From positions 512,001 to 576,000 of the forward strand of contig OZ220691.1 of the NCBI GenBank assembly GCA_965116475.1: a stretch of DNA of 64,000 bases, written 5' to 3'. Below, one piece after another: positions 37,401 to 45,156 of this stretch. Origin of the DNA: Gemmatimonadota bacterium (GTDB lineage Bacteria; Gemmatimonadota; Gemmatimonadetes; Palauibacterales; Palauibacteraceae). Position numbers and translations under genes: made by a program. The notes under the pieces were generated by a model. The model saw only the letters and a program-made list of their open reading frames with translations. It was not told the origin of the DNA and made no database searches. Within the stretch, counting starts at the first letter, position 1. Each line of letters starts with the position of its first letter.

Positions 37401-37628
37401 ATGGGCAAGTGGTCGCGCAGGTGGTCGCCGAAGCACTGGCCGAGACGGTATCGCATCGCGCTGAGCTGCTGCGGGGCCGGGGTGGTGGTCGGTGGAGTGC
37501 TGGCCTGGTTCGGGCAGGGCTGGGGGCGTTACGTGGCGCTCGCGGGCGTCATCCTTTGCGTCCTCAGCCTCATGGCCCTCGAAAGCCTGTTGGAAGACGG
37601 CCCCGACAGCCTGTCCGGCGGCGACTGA
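37401..37628 (+). CDS. Small two-TM hypothetical protein
   Basis: GAGGA RBS, ATG, two hydrophobic helices. Confidence 0.5.
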   Translation: MGKWSRRWSPKHWPRRYRIALSCCGAGVVVGGVLAWFGQGWGRYVALAGVILCVLSLMALESLLEDGPDSLSGGD

Positions 37629-37629
37629 C

Positions 37630-38229
37630 TCAGTCGGCGCGCCAGCCGACCTCCCTTGCCCATTCGTCGCGGGCGCTGGCGTACGCATCGTAGTCGGCCG
37701 GCGGGCGCTCTTCCTCGGAGGCCGCGCGGCTCCGCGCTTCCTTCATCTGCTCGGCCAGCGGCGGGAGTCCGACGGCCTGGCGGCGCTCCTCCAGCCTCTG
37801 CGGGTCCTCCACGGCGCCCGGCGAGAGATTCCCCTCGGCGTCCCAATCGAACTGCGTCCCGTAGCGTTGCGGCCGGCCCTCGAAGAACCGGATCCGGTCC
37901 TCGAGCAGCGCCGCGTGCCGCGGAGACGCCCTCCCTTCGCGCGCGGCATCCTCGAGGAGGGGGAGCGCGCGCCGGAGCAGGTCGGGCTGCGCGATCGCGT
38001 GCTGCAGGATGATCCACGCCGCGTCCGCCCCCTCGGGACCGACGAGGTCCGTTCCCGGCCACCCGACCGACTCGATGATCCGGCGAAGACGCCGCGCATT
38101 CCGCTCGTGAACGCGGGCCATCCGGGGCTCGTAGCCGCCGAAGAGTTCGCCCGAGTCCACGAGTTCGGCGCGCACCTCCTGGTCCCGACGCACCATCTCC
38201 AGCAGTTCGTCCCTGAGCGTGTCGTTCAT
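37630..38229 (-). CDS. DUF6624-like protein
   Basis: M...DQ.VR, GWPG..LVG..GA.AAW.I.QH, A.LEDR....GRPQRYGTQF. Confidence 0.8.
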   Translation of the reverse strand: MNDTLRDELLEMVRRDQEVRAELVDSGELFGGYEPRMARVHERNARRLRRIIESVGWPGTDLVGPEGADAAWIILQHAIAQPDLLRRALPLLEDAAREGRASPRHAALLEDRIRFFEGRPQRYGTQFDWDAEGNLSPGAVEDPQRLEERRQAVGLPPLAEQMKEARSRAASEEERPPADYDAYASARDEWAREVGWRAD

Positions 38230-38267
38230 CCGTAGCGTCCGGGGGATCCGCGCTATCCCCGTCGAAA

Positions 38268-38283
38268 CGTTCCCGCGGGAACG
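38268..38283. repeat. 16-bp palindrome copy 7
   Basis: Exact match, intergenic. Confidence 0.95.
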
Positions 38284-38312
38284 TCCTCAGGGGGCTCTGC
38301 ATGCGGTGGCGG

Positions 38313-38711
38313 TCAGGAATCGTCGGGGGGCCGCGCGTTCCTGGCCAGTGTGCGGAGGTGGTCGGCGATGGCCTGCTCGCTCAGCGCCTCGCGCCGCCGG
38401 CACTCGCTCGTCCAACTGAAACCCTTGTAGGCGGAGACACCCCAGGCGGCAGCCGGAAGCCCGAGTATTACGGACACCACCTCCTCACCGTCGTGCTCCA
38501 CCTCGTCCGTGGCGACGTGAACAATGGTCGAAACCATGAGCGCGCTCATTGCGGCATCCAGCACGGGCGCCAGGGCCGATGTCGCACAGGTTCCTTCGGG
38601 CAGCGGGCCGTCCCCCAGCGGAGGCCGGCTCATGAACAGCGCCGAACACCCGCTCGCGAGAACGGCCGACGCCAGGACCAGGCATGTACGGGCCGCAGGA
38701 ACGCTCCTCAT
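38313..38711 (-). CDS. Small hypothetical lipoprotein
   Basis: MRSVPAARTCLVLASAVLASGC lipobox, GGAG RBS, two further hydrophobic segments. Confidence 0.6.
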   Translation of the reverse strand: MRSVPAARTCLVLASAVLASGCSALFMSRPPLGDGPLPEGTCATSALAPVLDAAMSALMVSTIVHVATDEVEHDGEEVVSVILGLPAAAWGVSAYKGFSWTSECRRREALSEQAIADHLRTLARNARPPDDS

Positions 38712-38885
38712 TCGTCTCTCCCTTCGCGAAACAGCACTGGGGCCACGGAACAGCCACCGGTGCGCGGAGAATATCCGGCTGAATGGAGAACACCGCCACC
38801 CGGGCCGGCTCCCAGGCAGGCAGCCGGGCAGGCACCCAGACAGACGGTAGGCAGGTTCTTGTGGCGGGTGATATGATGGGCGGCG

Positions 38886-40343
38886 ATGAGACACGACACG
38901 GTGCCGGACACGACCTTCGATCGCGCGGTGGCCGACAGGCTCGAGATGTCTCCCGAGGCCATGCTCGAGCTGGCGCGGGAGGCGGCGGAGATCCTCGTGC
39001 GGCGGCGGGAGGAGCTGGCCGGGGAGGACGCCTGGGACGGGGAGTTCCGGGAGGCGCTCGAAGCGCGGCTCATGGAGGATCCGCCCGAGGAGGGACAACC
39101 GGCGTCCGACGTCATGGACCGGGCCGTCCACGATGTCCTGAAGCTCGCCCTCCGCCTCGATCATCCCGGCTGCTTCGGCTTCATCCCCTCCTCCCCGACG
39201 TGGCCCGGCGTCGTCGCCGACTTCCTCGCCTCCGGGTACAACCTCAACGCGTGCAACTGGCTGGTCGGGAGCGGGCCCAGCCAGCTCGAGTGCGTCGTCA
39301 TCGAGTGGTTCCGGCGCTGGCTCGGCATGCCGGAGACGGCGGGCGGGCTGCTCACGAGCGGGGGGTCCGCGGCGAGTCTGGACGCGCTCGTGGCGGCGCG
39401 GGAGGCCCAGGGCTACCCGGAGCGCGCCACCGTGTACATGAGCGACCAGAGCCACCCCGCCCACGTCAGGGCCGTGAAGATCGCGGGCATCCGGCCCGAT
39501 CGCGCCCGCATCGTGCCGAGCGACAGCCGTTCCCGCATCGACCTCGACGCGCTCGCCCGCATGGTGGCGGAGGACCGCGCCGCCGGGCGGAACCCCATCG
39601 CCGTGTGCGCGAACGCCGGCGCCACCGCGACCGGCGCCATCGATCCCCTGCCGGAGCTGGCCGATTTCTGCGCGGCGGAGGGCATCTGGTTCCACGTGGA
39701 CGCCGCGTACGGCGGGTTCGCCGTTGTCACGGAACGCGGCCGCAAGCTCCTGAGCGGCATCGAGCGGGCGGACTCCATCGGGCTCGACGCGCACAAGTGG
39801 TTCTTCCAGCCCTACGAGGTCGGCTGCCTGCTCGTGCGCGACGTGTCCACGCTCGAGGAGCCGTTCGGGGTGCAGCCGACCTTCCTCCAGGACTCCCTGT
39901 GGGGATCGGGCCACCCCAACCTGACCGACCGTGGACTGCAGATGAGCCGCTCCGCCCGCGCGCTCAAGATCTGGATGTCGGTGCAGACGTTCGGGATGGC
40001 CGCGTTCCGGGAGAGCATCGCGCACGGGCTGGACTGCGCGGCCCGCGCCGAGGCCTACATCGACGCGAGCCCCATGCTCGAGTGCCTGAGCCCGGCGACG
40101 CTGAGCATCGTCTGCTTCCGGGTGCGACCGGCCGGCGCGGAGATGACCGAGGAAGCCCTGGACGAACTGAACCGCGAGGTGCTGGCCCGCCTGTTCTGGG
40201 AGGACCCCGCCTTCGTGTCCTCCGCCGTCGTGTCCGGCAAGTTCGCGCTCCGGCTCTGCATCGTGAACTACAACACGACGTGGGACGACGTGCGGGCCGC
40301 GCTGGAGGCCACGGAGCGCTTCGGGCGGGAAGCGCTCTCCTAG
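38886..40343 (+). CDS. Group II PLP-dependent decarboxylase (aromatic amino acid type)
   Basis: HPGCFGFIP, LTSGGSAA, GAIDPL, WFHVDAAYGG, DSIGLDAHKWFF, RALKIW. Confidence 0.9.
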   Translation: MRHDTVPDTTFDRAVADRLEMSPEAMLELAREAAEILVRRREELAGEDAWDGEFREALEARLMEDPPEEGQPASDVMDRAVHDVLKLALRLDHPGCFGFIPSSPTWPGVVADFLASGYNLNACNWLVGSGPSQLECVVIEWFRRWLGMPETAGGLLTSGGSAASLDALVAAREAQGYPERATVYMSDQSHPAHVRAVKIAGIRPDRARIVPSDSRSRIDLDALARMVAEDRAAGRNPIAVCANAGATATGAIDPLPELADFCAAEGIWFHVDAAYGGFAVVTERGRKLLSGIERADSIGLDAHKWFFQPYEVGCLLVRDVSTLEEPFGVQPTFLQDSLWGSGHPNLTDRGLQMSRSARALKIWMSVQTFGMAAFRESIAHGLDCAARAEAYIDASPMLECLSPATLSIVCFRVRPAGAEMTEEALDELNREVLARLFWEDPAFVSSAVVSGKFALRLCIVNYNTTWDDVRAALEATERFGREALS

Positions 40344-40383
40344 TCCTGCAGGCGGCGGGCCAGCGGGGCGATCAGCGGGCCGA

Positions 40384-42705
40384 TCAGCGGGGCGGTCTCC
40401 GCGGCCTGCGCTCGACGAAGATGCGCGGCTCGCCCAGCACGATGTCCCGGCGGATGTCCCGGCTGACCTCTGCGACCGCCGTTCGGGCGGCGGCGCCGGA
40501 ACCCCGCGGCCAGGGCAGCGCCTTCGATAGGTCCACCGTGTAGCCTGCGTCCACCAGGGCGCCCAGGGAGATCGAATTGGCATCCCAACCGCCGAAGGGA
40601 CCCATGAGTTCGTAATCCACGATGTCCTCGTGCCAATGCGACCCGCAGTTTGTTTGAATGGGTACGCCGGGCAGGTCGGGATCGCCTCCCCCGGCACGGA
40701 ACGCCTCCACCGCTTGCGGACCTGTGAAGTACTCGCAGTCCGAGGTCGCGAGACCCTCCTCCGACCGCCAGGAAACCAACCCGAGGAGGTGGCCGATCTC
40801 GTGGCGTGCCAGCCCCTGGCTGGGGAACCCACCCATCACCACGTACCCGCCGCCGGGGTCGAGCGCCGGAGCGTCTCGACCGCCCCCAGCCGGGAAGAAG
40901 CAACCATCGGCGTAGCCCGAACTCCCCGTGAGCTCTTCAATGCGGGTGGCGACAAGGATTTCGTCCGCCAGGGCCCTCACCTTGCCGCCGAACGGGTCCC
41001 CATTCGGGCAGCCGGCCTCGCGGTCCGGCCACTCGGTTCCGTCGAGAATGTCGGACCACCAGTCCGCAGCCTCTGTCATGGCCCGGCCGTAGCCGAACGG
41101 CACGGGCTGGTCGACGACGATGTCGATGCCGAACGTCCCCACGGCGTCGCGCACCTCGACGTACGCGACCGCGCTGTCCCCTCCGGCCGCCGGGAGAATC
41201 GTCACGTCGGCGGATCCGCTTCCCAGGGGCGACAGCGTAAGCCAGCCATCGGCCGACGAAGCGGCCACAACCGAAGAGTCCGAGATGATCACCGCCGCAG
41301 GGGTGCGGAGGTCGTCCGGGAGCGCGAGCGACAAGCCGTTCCCGTCCTCCCGCATCAGCGCGCTTGGCAACAGTCGCAGGGTGGGATCAGGGCAGGGGGT
41401 CAGGTCGGTCTCCAAGGCCTCGAGCCTCGCGCGGATGCCGGTATCGGCCGGGGCGCAGAATCCGGCCCCCAGAAAGAGGCGCATCAGGTCGGGAAGCTCC
41501 AGAAGGAAGGCAGGGAACGCGCCCGTAAGGTCGTTGCCGACCAGGTACAGCTCGGTCAGTTCGGCAAGGTTGCGCAACTCTGTTGGGATCGGGCCCGTCA
41601 GGCGATTTGCGCTGAGGTCCAGGAATTCCAGGTTGGCGAGACCGCCGAGTTCGGGCGGGATCGGACCCGTGAGACGATTCGCGCCGAGGCCGAGCTGTTC
41701 CAGGTTCGAGAGATTCGCGAGTTCGCGGGGAATCGGATCGGTCAACTCGTTCCGACTGAGGACCAGTTCGGTAAGGTTCGGGAGGTTGCCGAGCTCGGGC
41801 GGAATCGGACCCGTGAGGTCGTTCCAGTCGAGCCGCAGGAGTTGGAGGTTGGTCATGTTCCCGAGTTCGGGCGGAATCGGACCGGACAGGCCGCTGTTTA
41901 TCAGCTGGAGGTACCAGAGGTTGGTGAGGTTGCCGAGTTCGGGCGGGATCGAGCCCGAAAGGGTGTTCCCCCAGAGCGACAAGATGCCGAGGCTGGCGAG
42001 GTTGCCCAGTTCGGGCGGAATCGGACCCGTGAGATCGTTTCCGTCGAGGACCAGCGAGTAAAGGTTGGGCAGACCGCCGAGTTCAGGCGGAATCGGACCC
42101 GTGAGGTCATTCAATCTGAGGTCCAACTTGTTGAGGTGGGTGAGGCTGCCCAGTTCGGGCGGGATTGTGCCCGACAGATTGTTCTTGATAAGAGTCAGTC
42201 CCCACACGTTACCGTCCGTACTCGCAACTCCGTACCATTCGTTCAAGGGCGCGTCGGACAACCAGTTCGTGGCATCGATCCAGTTGGGCCCGTCCGTCGC
42301 CTCGTACAGCGCCAGCAGTGCCGCGCGGTCCGGCTGATCCACCGTGATCTCCGAGTTCCCGGTAGCGGAGCCGGCGGTCGCCGAGATCGTGGCGGTGCCG
42401 TCGCCCACCGCCGTGACCAGTCCGGAGGCATCCACCGTCGCAACGGCGGGGCTGCCGGTTGACCAGGTGACCGTCACTCCGGTCATCACCTGGCCGTTCT
42501 GGTCGCGCACCTGGGCCGCGAGCTGCAGGGTCTCGCCCAGAGTCGTGAGTGCAGCCCTGGGCGGGCTGACGAACACCGCCGTCGCCCGGGGCGGCTCCGG
42601 GGGCGAGGGGGGCGGGACCGGATCGGTGGAACCGTCACCGCAAGCTGCGATCCAGGCTACACACGCCCCGATGATCGCCGAGATGAGAATCCGCGGCCGG
42701 CTCAA
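40384..42705 (-). CDS. Lipoprotein: Ig-like (Big_2) + ~10 plant-type 24-aa LRRs + leishmanolysin-like Zn protease domain
   Basis: WIAACG lipobox; VATVDASGLVTAVGDG.ATI; repeated LTGPIPPELGNL; HEIGH.LG...SHW...ELM; TTG start with AAGGAG. Confidence 0.85.
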   Translation of the reverse strand: MSRPRILISAIIGACVAWIAACGDGSTDPVPPPSPPEPPRATAVFVSPPRAALTTLGETLQLAAQVRDQNGQVMTGVTVTWSTGSPAVATVDASGLVTAVGDGTATISATAGSATGNSEITVDQPDRAALLALYEATDGPNWIDATNWLSDAPLNEWYGVASTDGNVWGLTLIKNNLSGTIPPELGSLTHLNKLDLRLNDLTGPIPPELGGLPNLYSLVLDGNDLTGPIPPELGNLASLGILSLWGNTLSGSIPPELGNLTNLWYLQLINSGLSGPIPPELGNMTNLQLLRLDWNDLTGPIPPELGNLPNLTELVLSRNELTDPIPRELANLSNLEQLGLGANRLTGPIPPELGGLANLEFLDLSANRLTGPIPTELRNLAELTELYLVGNDLTGAFPAFLLELPDLMRLFLGAGFCAPADTGIRARLEALETDLTPCPDPTLRLLPSALMREDGNGLSLALPDDLRTPAAVIISDSSVVAASSADGWLTLSPLGSGSADVTILPAAGGDSAVAYVEVRDAVGTFGIDIVVDQPVPFGYGRAMTEAADWWSDILDGTEWPDREAGCPNGDPFGGKVRALADEILVATRIEELTGSSGYADGCFFPAGGGRDAPALDPGGGYVVMGGFPSQGLARHEIGHLLGLVSWRSEEGLATSDCEYFTGPQAVEAFRAGGGDPDLPGVPIQTNCGSHWHEDIVDYELMGPFGGWDANSISLGALVDAGYTVDLSKALPWPRGSGAAARTAVAEVSRDIRRDIVLGEPRIFVERRPRRPPR

Positions 42706-42941
42706 ATGTGACTCCTTCACGCTCGGAAGACGCGGGACGACGACAAGCGTCAAGCTACGCCCTGCCGAGATGGCAGGACAGACCCTAAGTATATGACTGG
42801 AAGGCATATCGGACGACGGAGACACATTGTGGATGCACCGTGGATGCACCGTGGATGCCGGCCGAACGCTTGACGATGGACTCGACGTGAGCTATTGACG
42901 CGCTGCGAAGTTCGCGCCCCTTACGCCAGGAGATCCGCAAG

Positions 42942-45125
42942 ATGCTGCCAGCGTCCCTCGCCCCCGCTCGCGCGGCCGCCCCGCTGCTGTTCGCCGTCGT
43001 AACCGTCGTACTTGCGGCCGGCCCCGCCCAGGCGCCCGCGCAGGAATCCGCCCAGGAGCCTACGCTGACCGGCTTCACCGCGGCCCGCGCCGTCACGCAG
43101 CTCGCCTGCGAGGCCCGGTTCCTGGATCTGCCGCGCTCCGAGTCGTTCCGCGAGCACCTGCGCACGGTCACCGAGAATCCGCACCCGGCGGGGTCCGAGG
43201 CCCAGGTGCGGGTCGGCGACTACCTCGTCCAGGCCATGGAGCAGGCGGGGCTGGCGGTGACGCGCCACGCCTACGACGTCTACCTCCCGGAGCTGACCGA
43301 CGACGTCGAGGTGCACATCGTGACCCCGGTCGCGATGCAGCTCTCCAACCGCGAGCCCGCCCTGGCCGAGGACCGCTTCTCCGGCCACCCCGACCTCCTC
43401 AACGGGTGGAACGCCTTCTCCGGCTCGGGCGACGTCACCGGCGAGGTCGTCTACGCCAACTACGGCCGCCGCGAGGACTACCTGGCGCTGGACGAGATGG
43501 GCGTTTCCCTGGCCGGGAAGGTCGTGATCGCCCGCTACGGCGGGAACTTCCGCGGCTACAAGGTGAAGTTCGCCGAGGAGCGCGGGGCCGTGGGCGTCAT
43601 CATGTTCAACGACCCCGGGTTCTCGGGACTCGCCGCCTACCCCGAAGGCCCGATGATGAACGGGGAGACGATCCAGCGCGGCTCCGTCCTCACCCTCCCC
43701 TGGACCGGCGACCCGCTCACCCCGTTCGAACCCGCGCTGCCCGTCGACGGCACGGCCGGCGACCGGAACGGCGGCCGGCCGGTGGAGCGCCTCGACCCCA
43801 GCGAAGTGGAGCTGCACAGCATCCCCGTCCTGCCCATCGGCTACGAGGCCGCCACCGAGGTCCTGTCCCGCATGACCGGCCCCGAGGTCCCGCCCGGCTG
43901 GGCGGCGGGGATGGAGGTGGACTACCGCGTCGAGGGCGGCCCCGACCTCACGGTGCGCGTGCGCGTCAACCAGCCCATGAAGCTCACCCGCGCGACCAAC
44001 GTCGTGGGCACCGTGCGCGGCAGCGAGTTCCCGGACGAGTGGTTCATCCTCGGCGCGCACTACGACCCGTGGGGCTTCGGCGCCATCGACCCCAACGGCG
44101 GCACCGCGATGCTGCTGACCCTCGCCGAGGCGCTGGGCGAGCTGGCGCGCGACGACGAGTGCCGGCCGCGCCGCTCGATCATGATCGCGCACTGGGACGC
44201 GGAGGAGTACGGCATCATCGGGTCGACCGAGTGGGTCGAGGAGTTCCGCGAGGCGCTGGAGGCGAACGCGATCGCCTACATCAACGCCGACGCCGCGGTG
44301 TCGGGCGCCAACTTCGGCAGCTCCTCCTCTCCGTCGCTCAAGGGACAGATCATCGAGGCCACGAAGGCCGTGACGTACCCCGGCACCGGCGAACCGCTGT
44401 ACGACTGGTGGCTGGAGCGCGCGGGCGAGGGGGCGGCGGAACCCGGCCTCGGCAACCTCGGCGGCGGCTCCGACCATGTCGGTTTCTACACCCACGCGGG
44501 CGTGCCGTCGGGCTCGCTCTCCTCCGGCAACCCCGGCGGCGTCTACCACTCCAACTACGACAACTTCGCGTGGTACGAGCGCTTCGGTGACAGCACCTTC
44601 GCCCACGGGCCGATGATCGCCCGGGCCGACGGGCTCCTCGCGCTCCGCTTCGCCAACGCCGACGTGCTCCCCTACGACGTGGTCCGCTACGCGACCGACA
44701 CCCGCACCCATGTCGAGACGCTGTACGACGTCGCGGCCGAGCGCGGCCTGAAGGTCGACCTGTCGCGCCTCGTCGAGAGCACGCGGGAGCTGGACGACGC
44801 CTCCGCGGCGCTGGTGGCGGCGCGCGATGGCTGGCTCGGTTCGGGCGAGGTGGACGCGGCGCAGGCCGAGGCCGTGAACCGGGCCCTGATCGGCCTCGAG
44901 AAGGCCTGGCTGAACGACCGGGGCCTGCAGGGCCGGCCCTGGAGCCGCTCGATCTACGTCTCGCCCGATCCCTTCAGCGGCTACGCCTCGTGGATGCTGC
45001 CGGGCCTCCGCTATGAGATCGAGACGGACGACCGCGCCGACCTGCCCGGCTGGGAGCGCGTCTACATCGGCGCCGTCCGGAACCTGGCCGAGCGCATGCG
45101 GGCCGTGGCCGAGATGATGCCGTAG
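42942..45125 (+). CDS. M28 peptidase (glutamate carboxypeptidase II-like, PA + TfR dimerisation domains)
   Basis: VYANYG, GAHYD.W.FGA.DPNGG, WDAEEYG.IGSTEW, YINAD, GSDH..F, YHSNYD. Confidence 0.92.
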   Translation: MLPASLAPARAAAPLLFAVVTVVLAAGPAQAPAQESAQEPTLTGFTAARAVTQLACEARFLDLPRSESFREHLRTVTENPHPAGSEAQVRVGDYLVQAMEQAGLAVTRHAYDVYLPELTDDVEVHIVTPVAMQLSNREPALAEDRFSGHPDLLNGWNAFSGSGDVTGEVVYANYGRREDYLALDEMGVSLAGKVVIARYGGNFRGYKVKFAEERGAVGVIMFNDPGFSGLAAYPEGPMMNGETIQRGSVLTLPWTGDPLTPFEPALPVDGTAGDRNGGRPVERLDPSEVELHSIPVLPIGYEAATEVLSRMTGPEVPPGWAAGMEVDYRVEGGPDLTVRVRVNQPMKLTRATNVVGTVRGSEFPDEWFILGAHYDPWGFGAIDPNGGTAMLLTLAEALGELARDDECRPRRSIMIAHWDAEEYGIIGSTEWVEEFREALEANAIAYINADAAVSGANFGSSSSPSLKGQIIEATKAVTYPGTGEPLYDWWLERAGEGAAEPGLGNLGGGSDHVGFYTHAGVPSGSLSSGNPGGVYHSNYDNFAWYERFGDSTFAHGPMIARADGLLALRFANADVLPYDVVRYATDTRTHVETLYDVAAERGLKVDLSRLVESTRELDDASAALVAARDGWLGSGEVDAAQAEAVNRALIGLEKAWLNDRGLQGRPWSRSIYVSPDPFSGYASWMLPGLRYEIETDDRADLPGWERVYIGAVRNLAERMRAVAEMMP

Positions 45126-45156
45126 GAGGCTCGGCGACGCGGGGATCGCCGACCTC
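45126..45156. terminator. Hairpin between convergent genes
   Basis: GAGG-C-TCGGCGA...TCGCCGA-CCTC stem. Confidence 0.5.
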
